From a virus (lineage: Duplodnaviria > Caudoviricetes), in the IMG/VR virus record IMGVR_UViG_3300028048_000045, positions 128,001 to 192,000 of that record: 64,000 nt of DNA; one strand, 5' to 3'. Position 1 is the first letter of the stretch, and each line of letters starts with the position of its first letter. A program made the translations under genes and the position numbers. Shown piece by piece: positions 1-8,800 of the stretch. The notes beneath the pieces were generated by a model, which saw only the letters and a program-made list of their open reading frames with translations, was not told where the DNA came from and made no database searches.

Positions 1-2175
1 CTTAGCAACGTTTTTCTTATAACCACTAGTCTGTAAATCACTATCGGCATTTCTATCGATTTCATAATCAATCTTAACACCAGCAATTGATGAATAGTAT
101 CTTGCGTTATTATCATTAGTGAACATTGCTTCCATAAGCTTAATAAGAACAATCTGTAACTTATCAGCATAATTAAATGTGTTCATATTAGATTGATTAT
201 AATTGAAAATCTTAGTTTCATAATTAGCGAAACCTGAAAGACTTGTAAGCGGTCTAGCATCTGTTGTACCGAAAGCTGTACAGATCAAAGGCATTGGATA
301 TCTTAAATCTAAGCTATTCTGACCAGAAGTTTCCTGTCCATTAAGTGAACCGATGTGAATAAATTCAAGAGGAAGATTTTTCTGTTTTTCTCCAGAAGAT
401 ACAAGAGAAGCTCTTCCGTTTGAAGCGTATTCGAACAAACTGAATACACCATTAAGATTTTTAATCTGATCATGAGCATCTTCGATATTAGCTGTCCCAA
501 AATAGTTATTAGGATCGAATCTATCACCAAGACTATTAATCAGTGTATTAGTTGGAATAATATAAACTTCTGTTGTAGTGAACAATTCAGGATACATCTT
601 AGATAAGAACATATCGAGATCTGTATCACTATGTCCAATATAAGTAATATTTCCATCATCATCGTATTGCATTGGATGACAATGACCACTTGTATGAAGA
701 CGTTTAATATAATCCTTTACAGCAGTAATCTGTTGTGCTAATGTAGGAGCCTGTGCTTCACTACCATAGAAAATATAGAATTTCTGCATAATGGAATGAT
801 GTACAGCATCCCAAATTAAATTCTTTCTGTTTTTAGAATCAATAGTAGGTGTAACACGTAAAGTCTGGAACTCTTGATAATATTTATAAGTTCCATCCTT
901 CATAATATTTGTAATAGCCTGGATTATATTTTTCTGGAATTCAGATTGAGATGTAACGAAATTGTTTTTAAGTGTTGTTGATTCAGATGCAACATTAGCA
1001 TAATCGTTATCATAAATTCCATAGTTATCATCAGCTGCACCTTTAGCACCATCCATATCTTCATCATTATATGTGTATACAGCATATTGTGCTACACTAG
1101 ATGAATTAATGAATGCATCAGGATCGAGATAACAAACAATTACCCAAGTCTTAGAAATAGTTTCAGTATAATTAGCTCTTACTTCAAAAGAGAATTTCTT
1201 AATACGTCCTTCTTTAGATGAAGGTTCAAAGTTAGCAGTTCCGTAAACATACTGAAGATTAAGAACTTCAGAGTTATAGAACATTTCCTGTTCTTCATCA
1301 ACAGAAAGAGTTTCACCATCAGCGTGACGAAGAGTATCATCTCCAGTCATTTCCTTCCAACGGAAAGGATTGTATTTAATTGTACCATTAGCAATAACTT
1401 CCTCACCAGATTCATATCTAGTCTGGAAATGTTTACTATTATCTGTACATTTACCAATGAAAAGTGAAATAAATCTTCCAATTTCAGATTCAGTGTCGAG
1501 ATCACGTTTCATAGCGGCTACAGTATCAGAACTACCGTACCAAGATGAAAGTTTTTCATCAGAAGCATTTCTAATAAACGATGGATATTTAAGTGAACTA
1601 TCAACATACATATTGATAATTTCAGATTCATACTTCTTAATGAATTCACAAATAGTATAAATCTTCTGCCAGAAAATATGTTCAAGAGGATAAATATTAT
1701 TTTCGTATTTTCCGCCAGATTTAAATAATTTTACATTTTCTAATGTATAAGTTTTACCATTGAAAGTTGTATAGTTAGGATCAATATGATCAACAAAACG
1801 TGTTGGTTCAGTAACCTCATTAGACATTACCTTACCATTATCGAGAATAATAGATGATAGATATTCTTGAGATCTATCATTGCGGATATTAAGTCCTGTT
1901 CTTTCACTTTTGGCCGAAATACCATTTGATGAATCGCTGTACAAGCTATACAAATTATCAATCTGTTTAGGATTAGTAGTTCTAATCAATATATCTTTAA
2001 TACTTGTATCAAAGATAGCTGTTTGTGCGAATGTTCCATCACCAGTATTATCATATCCAAATTTATCAGAAACTACCTGATCAATAGGATAATCTTTGGA
2101 ACCTTTAACGTAAAAGAAGAATTTTGCTGTATTAGCTAATGATGTACCAGTAGCATCAATTATATTCTGAGCCAT
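1..2175 (-). CDS. Large hypothetical protein, probably virion structural; runs off the window start (>725 aa)
   Basis: Not in the ORF track because it is truncated. ATG at 2175 with AAGGAG upstream. The frame reads MAQNIIDATGTSLANTAKFFFYVKG... and stays open to base 1. Preceded by an AACA-N6-TA motif. Confidence 0.8.
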   Translation of the reverse strand, partial: MAQNIIDATGTSLANTAKFFFYVKGSKDYPIDQVVSDKFGYDNTGDGTFAQTAIFDTSIKDILIRTTNPKQIDNLYSLYSDSSNGISAKSERTGLNIRNDRSQEYLSSIILDNGKVMSNEVTEPTRFVDHIDPNYTTFNGKTYTLENVKLFKSGGKYENNIYPLEHIFWQKIYTICEFIKKYESEIINMYVDSSLKYPSFIRNASDEKLSSWYGSSDTVAAMKRDLDTESEIGRFISLFIGKCTDNSKHFQTRYESGEEVIANGTIKYNPFRWKEMTGDDTLRHADGETLSVDEEQEMFYNSEVLNLQYVYGTANFEPSSKEGRIKKFSFEVRANYTETISKTWVIVCYLDPDAFINSSSVAQYAVYTYNDEDMDGAKGAADDNYGIYDNDYANVASESTTLKNNFVTSQSEFQKNIIQAITNIMKDGTYKYYQEFQTLRVTPTIDSKNRKNLIWDAVHHSIMQKFYIFYGSEAQAPTLAQQITAVKDYIKRLHTSGHCHPMQYDDDGNITYIGHSDTDLDMFLSKMYPELFTTTEVYIIPTNTLINSLGDRFDPNNYFGTANIEDAHDQIKNLNGVFSLFEYASNGRASLVSSGEKQKNLPLEFIHIGSLNGQETSGQNSLDLRYPMPLICTAFGTTDARPLTSLSGFANYETKIFNYNQSNMNTFNYADKLQIVLIKLMEAMFTNDNNARYYSSIAGVKIDYEIDRNADSDLQTSGYKKNVAK

Positions 2176-2200
2176 AAAATTACTCCTTAATTACAATGTA

Positions 2201-2212
2201 TATAATAATGTT
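2201..2212 (-). promoter_or_regulatory. Late-type promoter AACA-N6-TA
   Basis: Minus strand AACA TTATTA TA, just upstream of the RBS. One of nine such sites. Confidence 0.65.
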
Positions 2213-2218
2213 TTCGAT

Positions 2219-2249
2219 GAAAAAAAAGAGGGAACTATTAAAGTTCCCT
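2219..2249. terminator. Intrinsic terminator; copy 1 of a 31-bp direct repeat
   Basis: GAAAAAAAAGAGGGAACTATTAAAGTTCCCT: stem AGGGAACT/AGTTCCCT with a U-tract on the minus strand. Identical to 2651-2681. Confidence 0.85.
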
Positions 2250-2273
2250 TCTAGCAACTAATCTAATAAACAA

Positions 2274-2585
2274 TTATGTATTAGTTTGTTTATTATTATT
2301 CTGTTGATCTTGTAATAAATCATCACCTTTTACAAATGAATCAGCTATAGAACTAAAAGATTCTATAAATGATTTAAGTTTAGAAGAAGCTTCGAGACAT
2401 TTGTTAGCTAAATTAAAATAATTAGTCATTTCATCATAAGCTATTGAAAATTTATAAAATTTACTATCAAAATCTCCAACCATTTTAATAAATGTTTCTT
2501 CAGAAATTTTTCCTTCAGAAAAAGATTTTAAAAGAAATTCTTGTGTTAGTTTTCTATCATTTAATACAGTTTCGAAAACATCCAT
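2274..2585 (-). CDS. Hypothetical protein (103 aa), probable early gene
   Basis: ORF with an AAGGAG RBS, its own promoter and leader hairpin, and flanking terminators. Confidence 0.75.
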   Translation of the reverse strand: MDVFETVLNDRKLTQEFLLKSFSEGKISEETFIKMVGDFDSKFYKFSIAYDEMTNYFNLANKCLEASSKLKSFIESFSSIADSFVKGDDLLQDQQNNNKQTNT

Positions 2586-2624
2586 AATTTTTCTCCTTTA
2601 AATGTTATTAGAATTTATACAAAT

Positions 2625-2650
2625 TCTATTCATTATAATGATATATAAAA
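2625..2650 (-). promoter_or_regulatory. Early-type promoter/leader motif TTTTATATATyATTATAATGAATAG
   Basis: Near-identical to 21378-21402; followed by a 5' leader hairpin. Confidence 0.6.
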
Positions 2651-2681
2651 GAAAAAAAAGAGGGAACTATTAAAGTTCCCT
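2651..2681. terminator. Intrinsic terminator of the tubulin gene; copy 2 of the 31-bp direct repeat
   Basis: Same sequence as 2219-2249. Confidence 0.85.
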
Positions 2682-2707
2682 CTTTAGTACTTAAGATAAC
2701 TTAAGGA

Positions 2708-4009
2708 TTAGAACAGATCAGCAAGCTGTTCATTAGACATAGTCTTTGCACCAAAAGCATCCTGAAGTGCAGCGGCATCTTCTTTTACAGATGAGAAACC
2801 TACTGATTCAGATTTAAGAACTTCTGCTTTCTTTTCGTTTGATTCTGTCAAACGACGAAGATTTGCACGGAGATCTTCAACTACAGCATTCAATGAAGTG
2901 AAACCAAAGAATCCAATCATAGATTCTTCAATGAGATCTTTAGAAATAGAATCTACTCCATTGATACTCATCTTATCAATTTCAAAGAATACAGACATGA
3001 TGTCGCGAGACATAATGTCATAGTTTGTACGAATCTGCTTAGCAGCTTTTTCTTCTGCACCATCTTCAGTAAACTTAAGCATTTCAACAATACGTTTACA
3101 AGACTGTCCCTGTGGAATTGTGAACTGGAATTTGTTTTCATTGCTGATTGAAAGGAATGCTGAACATCCAGGGATACGAAGTGTGTTTACTTTATCCTGA
3201 AGATCCATACATTTCAATGATGAGTTCATTTCAATTCCAAGGAATTTGAGAATAGGCATAGTAATTCTCGCATTGATGATACGATACATTTCATCAGTAT
3301 TTGTATATTTAACTGATGAAGGCAAATTGTTATCAGCGATGAAGAAGTTAGCCAATCCCTTATCAATTGCATTCTGGATATCAACGAAACATTCAATTGT
3401 ATTCTGAAGATTCTGCTGACCTGCTGATACAGAACATTTTGGAACAAGACCGATTACAACTGGACGTGGAACTGTATTGGTGAGATCATCAATTACATAT
3501 TCCTTTCCATTGTATGAGAACTTCTCAGCCTTATTAACATAGTTAGTAAGGTAAGTTGTTAACATAGGTCCAATTCCAGAACCAGTACCACCATCAGCTG
3601 AGAAACAGTTGATAATGATTGTCTGTACTTCAGGATGGAACAGAACTTCTTCATAATAAGCTACGAATGTCTGAAGAGCATCGAATTTCTGTCCCTGGAA
3701 ATCTGCAGAATATCCTTTGAAGTATGCTTTTGCACGGTTTCTGTTTTTACCAGCACCATCAGCATTAGCACCTCCGATCTTGAATTTCTGAGCATCAGGA
3801 AGGTTCAACTGATCAAGATCCTGATCACTTGTGTTAACAGCAATCAGGTATGGGTTATTTGGTAAACAACTCTTAAGAGTCATACCAATGTTAGCTCCAC
3901 CCTGACCTTCGGTAATGATTACGAATCTTACCTTCTGTCTTGCCTTAGCCTGTGAGATTACAGGTTCTTCATTTCCAGCTGCAGCTGATTTTACATTTTC
4001 TTCTGCCAT
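2708..4009 (-). CDS. phuZ: PhuZ/TubZ-like phage tubulin GTPase
   Basis: Tubulin/FtsZ motifs in order: GQGGANIG, AVNTSDQD, GAGKNR, and the signature loop SADGGTGSGIGP. A T7-loop-like MDLQDK is also present. Confidence 0.88.
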   Translation of the reverse strand: MAEENVKSAAAGNEEPVISQAKARQKVRFVIITEGQGGANIGMTLKSCLPNNPYLIAVNTSDQDLDQLNLPDAQKFKIGGANADGAGKNRNRAKAYFKGYSADFQGQKFDALQTFVAYYEEVLFHPEVQTIIINCFSADGGTGSGIGPMLTTYLTNYVNKAEKFSYNGKEYVIDDLTNTVPRPVVIGLVPKCSVSAGQQNLQNTIECFVDIQNAIDKGLANFFIADNNLPSSVKYTNTDEMYRIINARITMPILKFLGIEMNSSLKCMDLQDKVNTLRIPGCSAFLSISNENKFQFTIPQGQSCKRIVEMLKFTEDGAEEKAAKQIRTNYDIMSRDIMSVFFEIDKMSINGVDSISKDLIEESMIGFFGFTSLNAVVEDLRANLRRLTESNEKKAEVLKSESVGFSSVKEDAAALQDAFGAKTMSNEQLADLF

Positions 4010-4075
4010 ATTTATTGGCCTCCTTAATACGTATTATGTGAAAAATATATAAGTATTTTAGTTTTTAATAAACAT

Positions 4076-4102
4076 AAAAGGTGCGAATTAACGCACCTTT
4101 TT
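4076..4102. terminator. Intrinsic terminator
   Basis: AAAAGGTGCG-aattaa-CGCACCTTTT inverted repeat. Confidence 0.8.
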
Positions 4103-4103
4103 A

Positions 4104-4871
4104 TTAGAAAATTTTAAATAAGTAATGACCTAATAACCAGAATCCGACTGATGCTAAATCAATACCTGTACCAATTAATATTTTTTCAACATCTTTATTC
4201 ATTATTCCAGTAGTCGCAATTCCAGTACCAACACCAATTCCAGTACCACTAATACCGAAACCTATTATTGCATTATTAAATGAACGTTCTAATCTAACTA
4301 CTTGTTTTTCTGCAAATTCAGCTCTCTCTAAAGCTTCACCAAATAATAAATTAGTATTATGTTCATCTTCATTATTAGAAACTAAAGCAGCTTCAATCTG
4401 TTTATTTTCTTCAACTACTTCATTCAGTTTCTGTGTTATTGTATCCACATGTTGTTGCAATAACATTGATTGTTCTTTCCATTGTGTCGCAGAGTCCAAG
4501 GACTCCTTCAGTGTAGATTTTATTGTATTCGAGTACGTCAAGGTTAGCTCCCTCAATTCGCTTACTGTATTCAGCTGATTGTTGAGCATAGTCTTCACTA
4601 CATCGTTTGATTTCTGTTGCGATGGAATCAAGTTTACCGTTGGAAATGGTGAGATCTGAAATAAGTTTATCTCGTTCGCTTGTAAGCCGTTCTTTTTCAG
4701 ATTTAAGAGTGGAAATGTCAGATTTGAGGCTCCTGATGGTTTCTGAAGCTCTCCCATCTGTTGATTTTGTCGCAATCCTATATCCGATTCCGATTCCTGC
4801 GCCAAGCAAGGCACAAGTACAACAAAAAATAATAACAATACGAATAATGATTTTTTTAATAGATTCTTCAT
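4104..4871 (-). CDS. Secreted coiled-coil protein with C-terminal Gly-rich hydrophobic segments; candidate outer spanin component
   Basis: Classical signal peptide MKNLLKKSLFVLLLFFVVLVPCLA/QE, a heptad region, and C-terminal AIIGFGISGTGIGVGTGIATTG and LIGTGIDLASVGFWLLG. Confidence 0.65.
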   Translation of the reverse strand: MKNLLKKSLFVLLLFFVVLVPCLAQESESDIGLRQNQQMGELQKPSGASNLTFPLLNLKKNGLQANEINLFQISPFPTVNLIPSQQKSNDVVKTMLNNQLNTVSELRELTLTYSNTIKSTLKESLDSATQWKEQSMLLQQHVDTITQKLNEVVEENKQIEAALVSNNEDEHNTNLLFGEALERAEFAEKQVVRLERSFNNAIIGFGISGTGIGVGTGIATTGIMNKDVEKILIGTGIDLASVGFWLLGHYLFKIF

Positions 4872-4875
4872 TCAC
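4420..4875 (-). CDS. Rz/i-spanin-like protein (N-terminal TM plus coiled coil), overlapping the previous gene in another frame
   Basis: GTG start 6 nt from AAGGAG. TM segment IIIRIVIIFCCTCALLGAGIGIG, then clear heptads IRSLKSDISTLKSEKERLTSERDKL, and periplasmic Cys residues. Confidence 0.6.
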   Translation of the reverse strand: MNEESIKKIIIRIVIIFCCTCALLGAGIGIGYRIATKSTDGRASETIRSLKSDISTLKSEKERLTSERDKLISDLTISNGKLDSIATEIKRCSEDYAQQSAEYSKRIEGANLDVLEYNKIYTEGVLGLCDTMERTINVIATTCGYNNTETE

Positions 4876-4900
4876 GATTTACTCCTTTCTTTAAAGAATA

Positions 4901-4931
4901 TATTAATTTGTCATAGGTCGACATATTAATA
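4901..4931. promoter_or_regulatory. Back-to-back divergent late-type promoters GACA-N6-TA
   Basis: Minus strand GACA AATTAA TA (4912-4901) and plus strand GACA TATTAA TA (4920-4931). Confidence 0.65.
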
Positions 4932-4963
4932 TAAAATCTAAACCAAATTAAGGAGTATTTCCT

Positions 4964-5803
4964 ATGATAAATAATTTTTATATAACAAAAGATGATATTA
5001 AAGATCCAAAAGATCAATGGTTCAGTCTTTATGATCCAGAATTAACAGCTGACATTATGAACGGTAAGAATACAATTATGGATTTGTTACATGCTATTGA
5101 AGATTTTAATGGTAATAAACCAAGAAATAAACGAATAATGTATTCGGTATATGTTAACGGATTTAATTTACCAATATTTGTAGCTAAAGCTAAATTCATA
5201 GGTGAGGATTTCATCTATTTCTATGCATACAATAATAATGGTGCATTGTATGTTACACAGAATAACAATAAACCAAATTTTATTGATGGTGTCTCAACAT
5301 ATTTAGTTAAAATCAACCAAATCACTGCTGTAAACTTTGGTTCTTTCAACAAAGAGGAATGTCCGTTCTTGAATAAAGAGAAATCTAATACTATTTCAGA
5401 AGATAAAATGTTATCTTTACTGACTGATGAGATAGCATCTTTCAATGCTTCTATAAGTTCGGGTGAATACAGAACTGCTATAAATCATTTCTGTATGTTT
5501 ATGAAAAATAATAAAATCAACTCATATGATTTTAATTATAATAGTGCAGCATTCAATAAATACATTATTCTTTGCGGTTCTTATATGTCTCTTATCAAAG
5601 ATATAGTTGGTCGCCATGATGATCCAACAATAAATGTCAACGATCCTAAAGTTCCTAATAAGATGTATTTCTTTGAAAATAAAGCTGCTATGGAAGAATT
5701 TGTTAAAACCGCTGAACATTCTAGAATGAATATTACTATTAATAATACATTCTATGAAGACGATATTAGCACTTTCAAATCTATCATCAATCCAAATCAT
5801 TAA
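4964..5803 (+). CDS. Hypothetical protein (279 aa)
   Basis: Long ORF with an AAGGAG RBS and a late-type motif upstream. Confidence 0.8.
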   Translation: MINNFYITKDDIKDPKDQWFSLYDPELTADIMNGKNTIMDLLHAIEDFNGNKPRNKRIMYSVYVNGFNLPIFVAKAKFIGEDFIYFYAYNNNGALYVTQNNNKPNFIDGVSTYLVKINQITAVNFGSFNKEECPFLNKEKSNTISEDKMLSLLTDEIASFNASISSGEYRTAINHFCMFMKNNKINSYDFNYNSAAFNKYIILCGSYMSLIKDIVGRHDDPTINVNDPKVPNKMYFFENKAAMEEFVKTAEHSRMNITINNTFYEDDISTFKSIINPNH

Positions 5804-5822
5804 TCAATATTTATTAAAAAAT

Positions 5823-5850
5823 AAAAGATGGAGCAAAGAGCTCCATCTTT
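5823..5850. terminator. Bidirectional terminator between convergent genes
   Basis: AAAGATGGAGC-aaaga-GCTCCATCTTT. Confidence 0.85.
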
Positions 5851-5855
5851 AATAT

Positions 5856-8800
5856 TTATTGCCAACCAAATTCACCATTTTCATCAGAGTTTTCAAAATC
5901 TTTAGAAGCAAAATCGGTATCATGATACCATTTGTATTCTGGAGATTCTGGATCTGCTGCAGGATCGATAATAGAATTAGGACCTTCTACATCAGAATTA
6001 ACTTCATCAGAAGATAATGATTTACCACTTACTAAGAAATGTGATTTATTAGCTCGTAATGTAGCAAAATATTTTATTCGGTTATCAAATGATAATCTTA
6101 AAGATAGAATACTACCCATTCCATTACCATATACACCATTGGCTAAATTATTAAACCAATCGTTTAATGATAGTTTTGTATTGATTTCTCCACCATTTAA
6201 CAATACTTGATACCAGTTTAAATCTTCTGGTTCTGTAGGGAATAAATTATTTTCAACAGACATATCTCCAGGATAACTAGTGATAAAATCTTTAGTCATA
6301 TCATCATTAAAATCTTCACTGGTAACATCATCAAACATTTCGGTAGCAGTTTTATAATTAGTCAAATCTGTAAATAATGTGGAACTCATTAATGATGTTT
6401 GACAGCTTTCTTGAGTTTTTAAAGATGCATCAGTTACACCATTTAATAATTCATCAACAGTATAAGTGAAAGATAAATCTTCATTTTTACTAGACAATAA
6501 ATCAATAATTCCTTCATTGATTGTTGTTGATGAAGATTCCATCAGATTTTTAGCCAGTTTACTAAGTTCATAATATGATAATTGAGATATATAAGCATCT
6601 ATATCGAAAGCAGCAGTTTTTGCAAGAGAATCATAATCAAAAATTGTTTTATCACGATAAGTTCCAAAATAAACACAATTATGATGTTTATCATAAGCCA
6701 TACTTCCAATATCACCATCATGATATGCTGAAGTATCAGCATATTGATAATTTATACCATCATTGGTAGATTTAAACAATCCATATCCATTTTTAACATA
6801 TTTATTTCCAGAAGATTTATTTGCAAATAATGTAATACTTTTAGCTTTAACTATTTGATAATCAAATAATAAATCAGCTTTAGTAATATCACCAGTTGTT
6901 AAATTAGAATAGTTCATCAATTTATAAACTGATTCACCATTCTTAAATAAAATAACACCGTAATTTTTATTTTGAATATAGATATTATTATCATTTGGAT
7001 CAGATATATTTTCCCAACCGTAATCGCTTTGTTTTACAACTAATGAATCATCAGAAGGTGTTTCATCATCTATATCTTTAAAATAAGAATCAAGTATTGA
7101 AATGCTTACAGAAGAAGATGTTATGGTAATAGTGATGAAATCTAACGATTTATTTGGATAGATTACGATTACCGGTTTTTTAGAAGATGAAATATTAATA
7201 GGATTTATTACTTCTACACTAGTAATAGTATCAGCTATTTCCGAACGAATCAAATACATTATTTCTGTATCATTCTTATAAGGAATGAAATACAATTCTT
7301 TAGTAGTTGAACCGGTTCTTGTTAAGATTGTATAAATTCCATCATCGGTATCGTGTACATAATCTACATTATAAGTATCTAAAGGATATGTAGGATTGGA
7401 AATTTCTACTTCATTACTAAAACTAAACAATTCTCTTGATAACAAAACACTAGTGGATGTAATAGTTATCGGTGCTTTAGCTGCCATAACTTTAGATACA
7501 AATTTAGAATTGTCTCCAACACCTATAACTTTCATGTTATCATAAATATAACATGGGTTATTTCCACTTGCAAATGAATAAGTCTTACCCAATGTTAATG
7601 TTCTAGAACCTGTAAGTTGACCTGTTGTTATATCTACCTGTGCAAGAGCTAGCAAATGAACAATTCCGATATTAGTACTGAATAAAGCACCATACACATT
7701 CATAGGTGTAGGAACTATTGTAGTAGATTGACTTGATCCTCCACTACCAGAAGATGATTGTGAAGTATCTACTGGCCGTTGAACGTTAACAATTGTTCCT
7801 GTCACAACAGGTTTAACTCTAGTTATAGTAGAAACATTATCTGGTAAATCACAAGTATTAACATAAATACCACCAGCATCAAAATAACCTATTCCAGATT
7901 TTGAATCTTTTGGACAAACAAGTAAAGAATTATCTTCCAATTTCACAAAATAATGATCACTTCCTGTACTAGATAATCTAGAACATGTTGTAGTATTTAG
8001 TGTTGTATAATAACATCCTTTATTCTTTTTAGATGTTATGATTAATAATTTGTGTGATACGTCTATTTTAAATGAATAATCTTTAGGATTATCAGTAAAA
8101 CCAGACACACCTATTACTCTATTATTAGTCTGATCATATACATACAATGACTCTGAAATAGAGTTTTTATTAGTATCCATATCATTCAAACCAAAGTATA
8201 CAACACCATGATTATCAAATGTAATTACAAAGAATTCTCTATCTGTGATTTTTGTTCCAGAATTAGAAATAACGTCAATTTTATTTAAAGCGGTTCCTTC
8301 ATAAGTTCTTCTATAAATTCCGTTACCATCACCATTTATATTACTTTTACAAAAGAAAGATCCGATTTCTTTATCATTACTTACACCTATAGAATTCCAA
8401 TCTCCTGTACTATTTTCAGGTACATATAAAATTCTATTATTCTCCAAACTATAACCTGATACACCACGTAAATCAAATTTGTAATTAAATGTTTTAGTTA
8501 AATTATCTTTATATCTTGGAGCTGTTTTAATAAGTGGTTTAGTTTTATCATTTAAAGATTTGAGATGATCAATAGATGTAAAGAAATTTCTTTTTACAAG
8601 AGAATTTAATTGCTCTTTATCAAATTTATACAATCCTGCAATAGTTCCACTCATTTGAATATCGGCTGAACCCATAGCAAATACAAGATTGTAAAGTTTA
8701 GTAAGTTCTTCTTTATTCGTATCTTTTTCATTCTCTAAGAAATATTTATAAGAATTCTTTAAAGCATATATAGATACTAAGAATTTACCATTAGCCAATA

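Noticed and set aside
4806-4815. Lipobox for an Rz1-like lipoprotein (LVPC)
   Set aside because: Pro at -1 is incompatible with signal peptidase II; CLA/QE fits signal peptidase I.
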